A stretch of 64,000 nt of DNA, taken from the NCBI GenBank assembly GCA_012295275.1, contig CM022670.1:26412001-26476000 (forward strand), written 5' to 3'. The translations under genes were made by a program, and so were the position numbers. The notes beneath the pieces were generated by a model. The model was not told the DNA's origin, ran no database searches, and saw only the letters and a list, made by a program, of their open reading frames with translations. Positions 1 through 20,231 of the stretch are shown in pieces (position 1 is the first letter of the stretch; each line of letters opens with the position of its first letter). Origin of the DNA: Chrysomallon squamiferum. Its lineage: Eukaryota; Animalia; Mollusca.

Positions 1-249
1 AAACTAAAAATCCGATTTTGAACCTTCCAACAGACAGTTGAGGTCAAGGCAGAGTCACGAAAGGTTACAGGCAAATTATTACTCGGCATGCATACCCTTC
101 ACGAAACGCTGAATTTAAATATCTATCTAGAGTTAGAAATAATTACAAATACAACACTTAAAACAAACAATTAACTATTCTTTTACAAAAACAATATAAA
201 ATAAAATCATATTACAATATTTAATTATTATTAATACCCATTTTAACAC

Positions 250-2962
250 ATCTCCACAAATATCTAAACCACCCCTCTACATACCCACTACATCTTTCAC
301 ATTAGCCTACATACCTGTCTTAACTCACATACACACTATCCTTCACACACACTCACACACGTACATAACAATACTCTCTCTCCAACACACAAACACAAAT
401 ATCCACACTTTCTTACAAATGCACATCAACATATCCACTCCTCCTTCCACATTCGCATACATACCCACACTTCAATACACATACCCATGCACATTCTCTG
501 TAACACATACGTTTAAATACCCATCCTCTCTTTCAAACACACACACACATATCCTCACGCTTTCTCAAACATGTACACGTATACATAGCTCCTTTCACAT
601 TCACAACCATACCACCACTTGAACACACATAGCCCAATTGTCCATACATCGATGTACATACCCGTCCTCTCTCTCAAACACACAAACAAAAACACCCACA
701 CTTACTCACAAATGCACACGTATATACCCACTCCTCCTTTCACATTCGCATGTATACCCACAGTTCACACGTATAGCCGTGCACACGCACACTCTTTCAC
801 ACGCGCATGTATACACCCAGACTCTCTCTCAAACACACAAACACATATCTCCACACTTTCTCACACATGCACATGTATGCATCTACTCCTTCTTTCACAT
901 TCACAAGCATACCACCACTTCAACACACATAGACATGCACGTACTCACAATTTTCGACAAACGCATGTACATATCAATCCTCTCTCTCAAACACACAAAC
1001 ACAAATACCCACACTTCAACACACATAGCCATGCACATGCACACTATCTTCCACAAACGCATGTTTATACCCATACTCTGTCTTCAACACATAAAAACAT
1101 ATACAAACACTTTCTTACACATACACACCTACATACACACTACTCCTTCCACATTCGCGTCCATGTCCACACTTCAACACACACGTCCATGCACACTCTC
1201 TTTAACACACACGTGGAAATATCCATTCTCTCTCTCAAACACACACGCACAAATACCCATACTTTCTCACACATCCACACGCATATACCCTCTCCTCATT
1301 TCATATTCCCATATATACCGAAACTTCAACACACAGCAATGCACATGCATACTATCTTCCACAGACACATGTTTATACCCAGCCTCTCTCTCAAACACAC
1401 TAACACAAATATCCACATTTTCTCACACATGTACACTTATATATCCACTCCTCCTTTCACATTCGAATGTATACCCACACTTCAGCACACATATCCTTGG
1501 ACATGCACACTATCTTACACACATGCATGTTTATACCCATCCTCTCACACAAACACAAATACCCACATTTTCTCACACATGCACACGTATATAACCACTC
1601 TACTTTTCACATTCTAAAGCATACCCACATTTCAACACACATAGCCAAACATGTCAACAAAATGTTCGACTCACGCATGTATATAGCCATCCTCTCTCTC
1701 AAACACACACACATACCCACACCTTCTTAGACATACACACGCATACACCCTCTCCTCTTTTCAGATTCGCATGTATACCCACACTTCAACACACATACCA
1801 TGCACGTGTACACTCTGTTACACACATGCATTTATATACCCATCCTCTCTCTCAAACACATAGCTCCACAGTTTATCACACATGTACACGTACATACCCA
1901 CTCATCCTTTCACATTCAGAATCATACCCACACTTCAACACACATAGCCATGCACGTGCACACACTTTTCCATATATCGATGTATATACCCATCCTTTAT
2001 CTCAAACACACAAACACAAATACCCACACTTTCTAACACATGCACACGTATATACCCACTCCTCCTTTCACATTCGCATGTATACCCACATTTCAACACA
2101 CATAGCCATGTACGCTCTCTTTAACACACACGGGAAAATATCCATCCTCTCTCTCAAACACACATACACAAATACCCATACTTTCTCAAACATGCACACG
2201 TATATACCCACTCCTCCTTTCAGATACGCATGTATACCCACACTTCACACGCATAGCCATGGAAATGCACACTATCTTACACACACGCATTTATATACCC
2301 AGCCTCTCTCTCAAACACACAAACACAAATACCCAAACTTTCTCTGACATGCACAAGTATATACCCACTCCTTTCACATTCGCATGTATACCCACACTTC
2401 AACACACATAGCCATGCACATGCACACTCTCTTTCACACGCGCATGTATATACCCAGCCTCTCTCTGAAACACGCAAACACAGATACCCACACTTTCTCA
2501 CACATGCACACGTATATACCCACTCCTTCTTCCACATTCGCAAGCATACAACCACTTCAACACAGATAGACATGCACGTACACACAATTTTCGACAAACG
2601 CCTATATATATCCATCCTCTCTATCAAACACACAAACACAAATACCCACACTTTCTCAAACATACACTCGTATACACCCACTCCTCCTTTCATGTTCCCA
2701 TGTATACCCACACTTCAACACACATAGCCTTGGACATGCACACTATCTTACACGCATGTATATAGCCATCCTCACTCTCAAACACACAAACACATATACC
2801 CACACATTTTTACACATGCACACGTTTATACCCACTCCTCCTTTCACATTCGCATGCATACCCAGTCTTCAACACACATTCCCAAACACATGCACACTCT
2901 CTTCAACACACGCGTGTATATATATACCCATCCTCTCTCTCTAACATACAAACACATACACC
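250..2962. repeat. C/A-rich tandem satellite, ~156-bp period, ~17 diverged copies
   Basis: Motif ctctctctcaaacacacaaacacaaatacccacact recurs at about 667, 823, 981, 1227, 1385, 1995, 2148, 2304, 2460, 2617, 2771 (spacing mostly 153-158 bp). It explains the His/Thr-rich spurious ORFs here. Confidence 0.9.
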
Positions 2963-5037
2963 CAAGCGTTTCGTGAAAATATGGATCTCGAAGAATATTA
3001 TTTTGAATTTAAATCTTATAATACAGTAAATAGTGTGACACATCCAGTAATTTTCAATTTATATTTTTCGACTACAAAAAAATGTTTAACTTACAGAAAT
3101 ATTTTCTTGTTTAAACTACAATCACGGGGTGAAATACTCTGCCCTGCCCAAACCGCAACTGTGTGTTTCTTGTCAACGTCGTCAATCAATTATTGACGTC
3201 TTATTTAGTTCTGGGAAAGGATGACGTCAGAAACAAAGTTAATCGACACTTTTTACATTCGTATTTATTTTCAGAAATTGTATGACCTTTAAATTTGTAT
3301 CTCAGATTTTATGAACAATGATTTATAAATATAAATTAATAAATAATAAAAGTAAACATTGGTTTTTATGGTAATCTAATTGTAAAGAATTTAATTTATC
3401 GTTATCGTGATATAAACCAAAATGGCGCCGCCCAAAACATGTATCGTCGATGAATATTTCGTTTTAGGCAAAAATGGAACGTTTTAAAAAGTAGAATCTT
3501 ATTTACACTGATCAACAGATTTAGAGGAATAACTGTAATAACTGTAAAAGAAAATGTTGAACAAAAATGATGTAAATAAATAAACAACAAAAGAAGACAA
3601 CTTTACTTTATCTTGATAATGAAAATGTTGTAAAAGTAAATTTAGCAACATTTATATTTCTGTTTCTACGGTTATCAATACGTGATATAAAAACATGACT
3701 ATGCATCTCATAGATAAAACAAACAGAGTTTGTAATTCATTGCTGTAATTCTGACTGGAATCACTTTTTTGTGGTAACCACGCTTCTTTTTGCCAATTGA
3801 ACGTAAAAAGTTCATTTGATTAAACTTTCTTTTTCTTTCTTTCCAGTTTGATATACTAACCACATTTTCTTTTTGTAAATGACCTAGTTAATGTAGTTAT
3901 AAAATACTTAGATAATCAGATAGCGTTACGAAAACCAGCGTAATTTTGCAGTTTACCTACGTTCTCAGCCGTTTGTTGTACGTTTCCTTTCTCGAGCACT
4001 TGTAATTTCCCACTAAACACCTGTTGTTTCAATAAATCACACCTGTCATATTACAAGTAGAGAAAGTTTTAAATAACAGAAGCTGATTTACATTCAGCAA
4101 CAGCTTTAGAGGAATATCTGTAATAATTGCAAAAAACTGTTTAATTACTATCTTCTGACAGCAATAATATAATGTTTACATTTACCGTATTTGTGAATTT
4201 CCGATCTTTGTTTTGTAATGTATGTCTTATTACAAGCACAGAAAGTGTTAAATAACAGAACTGTATTCACGCTGAATAGCAGCTATAGAAGAATAACTGT
4301 ATCAATAGAAACAAATTGATTAATACAACTTTTATGTGTAAATAAATCCTACTGCTTCTGACGTTTAAATTTAATGTAGCACTTCCTAAATTATCAAACT
4401 AATTAACAAAATAACCAAAAAAAATAAAAAAATAACTTTACATTAACATAATAATGAAAATTAACATCTTAAATCCAGTGATATACGCCTTTGTTGACAT
4501 ACGTGTTCAAAACAGTTTTTAACTTCAGAGAGTTTATAGATGAAACTTACTTTTTCAAAGCAGTTTTCTCTGTTATAACAGTTCTTTTAGTAGTTACAAC
4601 AGCTCTGTTAATATTTTGTAACAGTTCAGTTACTATTTTACAACAGCTGTTAATATTTATAAAAGTTCATTTATTATTTTATAACACCTTTTTCACCATT
4701 TTTATAACTGCTCTGTTACTAATGTGTTAAACATGTATTACTATTTTACAATCAGTTGTTACAGTTCTATGACATAGCTATTACTATTTGTAACAGCTTT
4801 GTTACTACTGTGTAAAACCTCTCTTACTATTATATATCAGCTGTGTTACTATTTATACCAGCACTCTTGCTATTTTGTTACACTTGTTTTAATATTTTAT
4901 AACAGTTCTTTTACTGATTATTACTGTTCTTTTACAGATTATTACTGTTCTGTTACTGCGACGTTGCAGTTCTGGTCATTTATTTATTTACGTGATTTTT
5001 TTATACGTTTGTTTATTTACTTATTTAATGTAAACAG

Positions 5038-5040
<3 letters not shown>

Positions 5041-5118
<78 letters not shown>

Positions 5119-5130
5119 CGCTCTCTCTCT
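5041..5130. repeat. (CT)n microsatellite just upstream of gene A
   Basis: Near-perfect ctct run; source of the SLSL ORF. Confidence 0.95.
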
Positions 5131-5252
5131 GAAGTATGTCTGAAATGAAGTATGTCTGTATTCTCCTTCGTAGGTTTTAATATTTGATTCTTAAGATCAA
5201 TAGTGAGACATTATTTTTGTCAATACTGACAAGCTGTTTCAGGGTTACACGT

Positions 5253-10372
<5,120 letters not shown>

Positions 10373-10955
10373 TTTGGGTGTTGGTCATTACTGGCGAAAA
10401 CCATCGTTGCTGAGTTGTGAGAATGGAGGTGTGTCCACATAACATCAAAAAATCCTTCACCAAAACTATGTTATTTCCACAAATGAATGAGTGAATGAAT
10501 GAATAAATAAAAATTATTAATAATAATAATAACAATAACAATAATAACAATAATAATAATCCTTATTTTCGGTAAAAGTCGTTCATTGCTGTTGCAGTCT
10601 AAACTTCTGGATAAATTTTATAATTGTTAATAAGACAAAATTTATTATTATTAAACAGTTTTAAAATATTGGCATTATCGGTTAAAAGACACCTAACTTG
10701 TTTGCGTAAGGTTTTCATAAATGTGTGTGTCTGTGTGTGTGTGGTGTGTGTGTGTGTGCCACATAGTCAATTACCGACTTACAAATAACTGATTTTGAGG
10801 TTTAAAACAACGTGTTCGAAAATAGTAGATTCACTATTATCCTTTCCAGGTCCTTTTGACACATGTTTACATCTGTAAATGAGTGTGTGTGTGTGTGTGT
10901 GTGTGTTTTAGAGCGTCTGTATATTGATGATAGGTGTAAGTCTGCCGTCTGTTAT

Positions 10956-11041
<86 letters not shown>

Positions 11042-11162
11042 AGTTAAATTTACTGTCATTAAAAAATGTTTCACCCGAGTTGAAAATAATGTTACTTATT
11101 TATTTAATTTTAACATGAATTACCCATCCATCCAATTTATGTTTGTTCACAGCTAACTTATC

Positions 11163-11341
11163 CAGTGACGGAATTACATTTTTGGACAGTTATGGGTGTC
11201 CTTTGCAATCACCAACGAGGTCTGGGTAACAACTTTTATCTTCTTCTATGACAATGTGCCACGACAGGATTTACAATTTTCAACGAATGATTAGCAGCAT
11301 GAAACTTAAACTTCTTTAGTTTCATAATAGATCCGCCCCTG
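11163..11341. mobile_element. Short non-autonomous DNA transposon (MITE, hAT-like)
   Basis: Imperfect terminal inverted repeats (TIRs) cagtgacggaatta / tagatccgcccctg, flanked by an 8-bp direct repeat aacttatc / atcttatc (7/8 match). Confidence 0.55.
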
Positions 11342-12060
11342 ATCTTATCCCTAGCGATTTAGCGCTGAATTTAAGAAATTTCCTTTAATGTTTTCTTTGT
11401 ACTTATACATTTTATTTATTTATTAGTGAAATGAGGGAATTAGAAATTTAACAGTTGTGAATACTAATTTACTACAGGTTGATATGGGGATTTAACAGCT
11501 TTTCCACAACATTAGCGTGTTCTATCTGGTCACCTATTTTTCTTTCTTTTTTCATTTCTTTTTTTTTTTTACTATTTTTTGTTTTGTTTTTTATTATTTG
11601 TTGGTTGTTCTTCTTTGACTTCAAATCTTAAAACGTTTTAATTACATACTGAACGGGGTGAACCCACTCTCATTTAATGTTTGAGGTAAATGATCTTCGA
11701 CTGGACACTTTATACTGCCTTAAAAACCGAACACATTAGAGTGAATTCCTAATGATAAATTCATCTGATGCAATTTCATCTGATACACTAACAAAAAAAA
11801 ATTAAAATTAAAAAATTAAAAATCTACAGAGATTTATAATGAATTTGTCTTTGTGAATGGGATGAATTAATCGATAAGAATAATGTAAACACTTTTTAAA
11901 TGATTCGTCCCACAATATTTTGTATTCAAAATAAACCGATTACTATGTACATCATGTATAAAAGTAAAATAAATAAATAAGTTGTAAACATTAAATATAA
12001 AATTAACAACATGATAGAATTTTTGTTTCAGTAAATAGGTGGAATTATCAAATCATCATG

Positions 12061-12093
<33 letters not shown>

Positions 12094-12364
12094 GACCTTT
12101 TCTTTTCGAGTCCGTAACAGCTGATAAAGCTAAGTCCTTATAACAGCTGACCAGTTCAAATTATGATGAAACGGTGCTGACGTTGATGCTGCTGTTGATG
12201 ATGAAGATGACGATAATATTCCATGTAATAAATGCAAATCTCACGATCAGTAACAGGACTTCCATAAACAGAGCAAAAATATAGAGCCACACATATGTGA
12301 CCATAACGTTATACAAGAAAATTACTCTGGTTCAAAATGTTACAAATTTACTACTAAACAGTCA

Positions 12365-13184
12365 TTAACGAGGACTTGCTTTCACTCGCACCATGTGAAG
12401 CTCGTGACAGCCGTAACGGACCATTCCAAATCTAGATTTGAATTTAGACCACTTGTTTCGATGCGTTTTAAATATTCTAAAACCTTCGTCGTGTATCTGC
12501 TGCAGCAACTGGACTCCCAGCTCGTACCTCGCTAAATCTGGCTCTTTGTCTCCCGAGGTAAAGATGCTCAAGTGTATTTCAAACACAAACTGAGTGACGT
12601 CTTTGAGTGCCCCGCTATTTATCATTTCTGGAAGAGCCAAAAGTTCTGACTTTTCTATATCCATCTTTAACAGACGAAGTTCAGCCTATAATAAAATAAA
12701 ATCAATGAAATAAATAGAAAAATGTAAAAAAAATAATAATAATAAACAAATAGAATTTTTTTTTACAAAATAAATAAATAAATAGAAAATTTAAAATAAA
12801 TTAAACTTAACAAAAAGGAAAATTTAAAATAAGAAAACTAACATTATTGTTGTTATTGTTGTTAATGTTACTACCACTGTTATTGTTGATGCTGCGAACA
12901 TTTATACCATCATCGTCATTATTTTATTTATGTATTTATTTTTTTATTATAATAATTATTACATTTTAATACAAAACAGTTCCTGTGGTAGCAGTAACAG
13001 GAACAATAGTAATAGTATTACAATACACAAATATATTACTTTACAGAGAGATTGCATTTTATACATGAATTTTAAACATATATAAAAGAAACGACTATCA
13101 GAAAATAAAATTAATTTTTACATCCATCTCGAAGGCTAAAGTACTTCCTACGTAGACTCGTATTATTTTGAAACTGTTATTTTA

Positions 13185-13248
<64 letters not shown>

Positions 13249-14529
13249 TAAGCTGGCTAATTCACATAAACGGATGAGAGTATATGATGAAAAATAATAA
13301 AATACCTGTGAGTGGCCTAACTTTTTCCTGATTCCCGCCAACGTGTTTAGTTTCCACCCCATGGAATTGGTGTATTCTCTTTCTGCAAGACCTAGTTTAT
13401 AGAAGTGAATCAAAGGTGATCTGTTGTGGTCGTTCTGCTTCATGCTGAAACATAATGTTAGAAATTAATTTCTTAACTTACTGGAAAAAAGAATAAAACA
13501 ATCTCAGAATATTTTTATAATGACCAATAAATCAAGTTTCAGCAAGATATCACTGCCAAAAACAAGATTATAAAAAAAACAAAAAAAATAAAGAAAATAA
13601 AAATAAAAACAAATCACGAATATGATTTGTAGTTAAAAGATTCAGTAGGAACTAAACCCTGAAGACTGACTCCAGCCTTCGTCTTATCAATAAGGATGTT
13701 TACCACTTTCTTTTCTTTTTTGTTTTTAAGTTTTTAATTTTTTTTAAATAATAACTCACCTGGGATCAAAGGCATAAACATGACAGCCATACTTTTTAGA
13801 GACAGCATCGTCAAATGACCAGTCATTATTAATTCTGAAAGAGATAAAACATTACATAGATTACTTTTCACAGATTACATTACACAGATTACATTACATA
13901 GATTACATTACACAGATTACATTCTATATATTACATATATCACGGACTATATATTATATTACATTACAAACATTATATAAGATTGTATTGCATGACATAA
14001 CATAACATTAGATTACATGAAATTACACAACATTTCATTACGTTATACACATATACACATGGACGTACACACACATATACATACACCTAAACATATATCC
14101 ATGCATTCGCAAGCGAGCATGCACACATTGATAAATTCATCCATGCATATATACATACGTACATAAAGTACGCCTATCCTGGGACAGACAGAGAGATCAA
14201 AGCGATGCAGTGAAAGAGAGACAGAGAATTAGAGAGTGAACTAGCCTGGCAGTCTGACACTAGTGAACACACAAACAAATCCCTATTTAGTATTTTCATG
14301 GACAGAAGTACAAGCACGTGTCGAAACACGTACCGTGCATTATTTATACAGAGAAATACAAAACAACTGACCCAAAGGAATATATAATACACGGCGGTTT
14401 TGGTGTGTATTGTTCATCATCGCATATGTTCCATCCACCATCAACTTTGTTACCAAGATGAATAATCTTTTCACAACCAATCTGCACAGAGTTGACCATT
14501 CTGAAAGCCATTGTATTTATTACATTACT

Positions 14530-14564
<35 letters not shown>

Positions 14565-16121
14565 TATTTATTTGACGTTTCAGGGAACAGGACTGTACAG
14601 TGTGCTTAACAACAAAAACAGGAAACAGATGTTTGCACTAAAGATCTATTTATATATTTATATTTCCGTTCAGCTGTGTGTATATTTATATGTCTCTCTG
14701 TGTGTCTTTCTTTCTCTATCGGTATATCAATTTACTTATCTGTCTGTCAATGTAGTATGACTATCTGTCTATCTACCTGTCCTGTCTGTTTATATGTCAG
14801 TGTTTGTTAGGTTTTTTGGGTGATGTTTTGTTGTTGTTTTGTTGTTGATGGTTATGACGAAAATTATGATAATGATGATATTTACGACGATGATTTTGAT
14901 CAGGATGATTATTATTTCAGAGATTTTTTTACGTTCATCAAATACTCACTGATAATACTTAGTTGCCATGTCTGCCCATTTTTCTTGCGGATTTGTTGCG
15001 TTCGATTTCATTTGCATATTTGTTACACAGGTACAGTCACATTTCTATTAAGGAAAAGAAGGAAATACATAACTTATCAAAGTTTGTGAAGTGTATAGGT
15101 ATGTGAGTGTTTCTTCCTGAAACTGAATAACAGGAAAGAATTAGACATAACTACGAGAACATGTACAATAATCAGTGAAAGAATATAAGCTCCAGTAATA
15201 TATGATTTCTTTAAAAACATTTTTCTAAAATGTGCTGTTAGATATCTGTATGTATGTATGTATGTATGTATGTATGTATGTATGTATGTATGTACGTATG
15301 TATGTATGTGTGTATATATGTATGTATGTATGTATGTATCTATCTATCTATCGATGTGTGTCTTTCTCTATCAGTATATCAATTTACTTGTTCTCTTTCA
15401 GCAAGACCTAGTTTATAGAAGTGAAACAAAGCTGATCTGTTGTCATCGTTCTGCTTCATCAGTTAATTTCTGTTAATGTAATATGACTATCTATCTATTT
15501 ATCTATCTGATCTGCCTGTGTGTCTGTTCTTGCTGTTTTTGTTGTTTTACGTGTGTATAACTCGCTATCCTTATATATATGTAATAGAGTGTTTTGGTTT
15601 CAGAATGTTTTGCGATTGTTGTTTGTATTACTGCTTGTTACATTTTTTAGATAAAACAACTGATATTGTGAACAGAATCTCTAAAGCATACTTTTGTCGA
15701 TTAGCAACAAGGATATTATTGCCTACACCTTTTCCGAACTTTTGAAAGTTCATATTATTTCTTAAACCTCAAGAGGGAGCAGTGGAAGGATTGGAAAACA
15801 GTTCTGTGTGCTAATCGATGGTAACATACCATATTACCTATACATCTCCAAACAAGGTTTATTACTAATTCACAGAGACTGGTTATGATGAGCTATTCAG
15901 AGTTATAAAACTTGTGTAAAATAGTGTCAGTTCTTATACGCCCTAGTCTGACCTGAATGTAAATAAAGTGGGGTTCGGTTAGAAAGAATAAAACGTTTTA
16001 CCTTTTCTATGACAACCACTTGTGGCTTTCTCAGTTTGTTGATCCAGACGAAGACAAAACAGAACGTAAAAATCAACCCAATGAAGCGGACTCGGGTTTT
16101 GGCAATACCTAATCTAAACAT
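12365..16121 (-). CDS. METTL24: Gene B: METTL24-like type II membrane methyltransferase, 292 aa, canonical motifs
   Basis: Six GT-AG exons (- strand): 16121-16002, 15044-14950, 14500-14372, 13834-13760, 13444-13306, 12685-12365 (879 nt, open). TM FIGLIFTFCFVFVWI; stem KCDCTC; motifs GNKVDGGWNICDD, CIIYSFGINNDWSFD, CHVYAFDPS, LLKMDIEKSE, QFVFEIH, GFRIF, GCHELH. Confidence 0.92.
15391..15459 (-). pseudogene. 69-bp diverged copy of part of exon 5 inside intron 1 of gene B (also in D at ~24113-24181)
   Basis: Reads MKQNDDNRSALFHFYKLGLAERE versus true exon 5 MKQNDHNRSPLIHFYKLGLAERE; the native splice sites are absent. Confidence 0.85.
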
Positions 16122-17533
16122 CTGTGTTTGTTTGCACACTCTGATTTTGCACAGTCCGGAGAAAAAATGTTTAACTTACAGAAATATTCTCTTGTTAAAA
16201 CTACAATCATGGGGTGGAATACTCTGCTCTGCTCTGCCCAGACCGCAACTGTGTGTTTGTTGTCAACGTCGTCAATCAATTAATGACGTCTTATTTAGTT
16301 CTGGGAAAGGATGACGTCAGAAACAAAGTTAATCGACGCTTTTTACATTCGTATTTATTTTCAAAAATTATATGACCTTTAAATTTGTATCTCAGATTTT
16401 ATGAATAATGATTTATAAATATAAATTAATAAATAATAAAAATAAACATTGATTTTTATGGTAATCTAATTGTAAAGAATTTAATTTATCGTTATCGTGA
16501 TATAAACCAAAATGGCGCCGCCCAAAACATGTATCGTCGATGAATATTTCGTTTTAGGCAAAAACTGAACGTTTTAAAAAGTAGAATCTTATTTACACTG
16601 AACAACAGATTTAGAGGAATAACTGTAATAACTGTAAAAGAAAATGTTGAACAGAAATAATGTAAATAAATAAACAACAAAAGAAGACAACTTTACTTTA
16701 TCTTGATAATGAAAATGTTGTAAAAGTAAATTTAGCAACATTTATATTTCTGTTTCTACGGTTATCAATAAGTGATATAAAAGCATGACTATGCATCTCA
16801 TAGATAAAACAAACAGAGTTTGTAATTCATTGCTGTAATTCTGACTGGAATCACTTTTTTGTAGTAACCACTCTTCTTTTTGCCAATTTAACGTAAAATA
16901 GTTCATTAGATTAAACTTTCTTTTTCTTTCTTTCCTGTTTGATATACTAACCACATTTTCTTTTTGTAAATGACCTTGTTAATGTAGTTATAAAATACTT
17001 AGATAATCAGATAGCGTTACGAAAACCAGCGTAATTTTGCAGTTTACCTACGTTCTCAGCCGTTTGTTGTACATTTCCTTTCTCGAACACTTGTAATTTC
17101 CCACTAAACACCTGTTGTTTCAATAAATCACACCTGTCATATTACAAGTAGAGAAAGTTTTAAATAACAGAAGCTCATTTACATTCAACAACAGCTTTAG
17201 AGGAATATCTGTAATGATTGTAAAAACTGTTCAATTACGATCTTCTGACAGCAATAATATAATGTTTACATTTACCGTATTTGTGAATTTCCGTTCTTTG
17301 TTTTGTAATAACAATAATAATGAATGTATGTCTTATTACAAGCACAGAAAGTGTTAAATAACAGAATTGTATTCACGCTGAATAGCAGCTATAGAAGAAT
17401 AACTGTAACAATAGAAACAATTGTTTAATAAAACTTTTATGTGTAAATAAATCCTACTTAATTGATTAATGAAACACATTTCATCACATTTGTATACAAT
17501 CATTATATTTAACATTTTATTTGACCTCTGTAG

Positions 17534-17776
17534 ATGTACCAGGCGAGTGCAGTACGCATGTAACAGTTTGTCAAAACTGTCCCCGCAGTACACGTGGACA
17601 ATGTGTTACGATGAAAACGTTCGACCTCGACAAAAGTGTCTTGTCTACTCGTTTGGGTAAGATTCTTTCCAGTAGTACAGCCACTGTTGTAGTAATAGTC
17701 ATAGCCGTGAATATTATCTACAGTCAAAAAACTGTAGTCACAAACACAGCTGTATTATTATTATTACAGTCGTTGA

Positions 17777-17813
<37 letters not shown>

Positions 17814-17838
17814 ATTATTATTATTATTATTGTTGTTG

Positions 17839-17912
<74 letters not shown>

Positions 17913-18542
17913 TCAGACTTCGTAACGTCACACTAGTTGAAAAGTTTATGGCGAATGGCCTTCAGTGTGAAGTCCACTACTTTCAAGCCAAGTATATATA
18001 TTATTCAACAAACACACACAAACTCAAACAGAAAGCGAGAGAGAGAGAGAGAGAGATTACAACAAATACAAATATTCATACAAACATACATAGAGACAGA
18101 CACATAAATACATATATAATGTATTTAGTTTAATATATACAGTTTAAATTAAACCATATATTCATTTCGAACATATATTTTCTTCGTCTTCTTCTTTTTT
18201 ATCTTCTTCTGTGACTTGTTTGGGGGTTTCTAAAATGTATGTTAAAAAGCCAACGTAAGAATAATAATTCAGATAACTCAGTTCATCGTGTCATAGCTGT
18301 TTTTAACAGTTGTAACTTCCTTACAGCGCAGAAAGCGACATAACTTTGGCTGATTCTGGGATTATCCTTCATGCTATTGGACTTTCAGCGCAAAATGGAA
18401 TGACTGAACACGGATGGAAGGTCCGCACTTTAAAAAGGACTATTCATGATCTGGGACATGAAAATGTAAGAGGATCGTCTGTGTTTTTGTCATAATGACT
18501 GTCACTTTTCTACGTCGTCTTCTTCTTCTTCTTCTTCTTCTT

Positions 18543-18573
<31 letters not shown>

Positions 18574-18581
18574 TTATTATT

Positions 18582-18614
<33 letters not shown>

Positions 18615-19070
18615 GATGATGATTTTGATGTATATCTTTGTTATACGAAGTATCACTAACTTTTTAAAATCATTAACGATCATCCTGTTTAATCCATTTA
18701 CTCTTAACCTTTTTGGAGTGAATATGCAAATTTTTGAAATGCTCATTATTACATTCTTTCGTAATTTATTTATTATTTTCAGAAAATAATAGATGTACTG
18801 AAAATAGATCTGGAGAAATGGGAATGGCAGGCTTTGCCGGAAGTTGTAACTAGTGGCGCCCTCAGTCACGTGTCTCAGCTGCTTCTAGCGATTCATGCGA
18901 CAACAGAACCTTCTCCGTTAGATTACCAACAACGCTTGAAAACGTTTCAGGCTATGTACAGTCAACACTTTCGGATAGCCAGTGTTACCGAAAAAGGAGA
19001 GAAACTTGAAACCCAGCTTGGTGATTTTATGGCAAAGGAAATAGAAATATTATTTGTTAGAGTACCCTAA
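17534..19070 (+). pseudogene. METTL24: Gene C: 5'-truncated duplicate of gene A (exons 3-6 only)
   Basis: Exons 17534-17656, 17917-17991, 18327-18465, 18783-19070 match A exons 3-6 with intact splice sites. Exons 1-2 (start codon, TM, stem) are removed by the deletion at ~17459. Confidence 0.88.
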
Positions 19071-19796
19071 TTTGGGTGTTGGTCATTACTGGCGAAAACC
19101 ATCGTTGCTGAGTTGTGAGAATGGAGGTGTGTCCACATAACATCAAAAAATCCTTCACCAAAATTATGTTTTTATCCACAAATGAATGAGTGAATGAATG
19201 AATAAATAAAAATTAATAATAATAATAACAATAATAATAATAATAACAATAATAACAATAATAATAATCCTTATTTTCGGTAAAAGTCGTTCATTGCTGT
19301 TGCAGTCTAAACTCCTGGATAAATTTTATAATTGTTAATAAGAAAAAATGTATTATTATTAAACAGTTTTAAAATGTTGGCATTATCGGTTAAAAGACAC
19401 CAAACTTGTTTGCGTAAGGTTTTCATAAATGTGTGTGTCTGTGTGGGTGGGTGTGTGTGTGTGTGTCACATAGTCAATTACCGATTTACAAATAACTGAT
19501 TTTGAGGTTTAAAACAACTTGTTCGAAAATAGTAGATTCATTGTTATCCTTTCCAGCATCTTTTGACACGTATGTTTACATCTGTAAATAAGTGTGTGTG
19601 TGTGTGTGTGTTTTTTAGAGCATCTGTACATTGATGACAGAGTGTAAGTCTGCAGTCTGTTATATTAAGAAAGAGAGAGTTACATTTACTGTCATTAAAA
19701 TGTTTCACCTGAGTTGAAAATAATGTTACTTATTTATTTAATTTTAACATGAATTACCCATCCATCCATTTTATGTTTCTTCACAGCTAACTTATT

Positions 19797-19994
19797 CAGT
19801 GACGGAATTACATTTTTGGACAGTTATGGGTGTCCTTTGCAATCACCAACGAGGTCTGGGTAACAACTTTTATCTTCTTCTATGACAATGTGCCACGACA
19901 GGATTTACAGTTTTCAACAAATGTGGACTAAAGTCGCTTTTGATTAGCAGCATGAAACTTAAACTTCTTTAGTTTCATAATAGATCCGCCCCTG
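19797..19994. mobile_element. Duplicate copy of the hAT-like MITE at 11163
   Basis: Same TIRs cagtgacggaatta...tagatccgcccctg inside duplication copy 2. Confidence 0.55.
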
Positions 19995-20197
19995 ATCTTA
20001 TCCCTAGCGACTTCGCGCTGAATTTAAGAAATTTCCTTTAAAGTTTTCTTTGTACTTATACATTTTATTTATATATTAGTGAAATGAGGGAATTAGAAAT
20101 TTAACAGTTGTGAATATTAATTTACTACAGGTTGATACAGGGATTTAACAGCTTTTCCACAACATTAGCGTGTTCTATCTGGTCACCTATTTTTCTT

Positions 20198-20231
<34 letters not shown>

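Noticed and set aside
419-2944. Long His/Thr-rich ORFs (332 aa, 318 aa)
   Set aside because: They lie within the C/A-rich satellite and are open in several frames at once because the repeat lacks stop codons.
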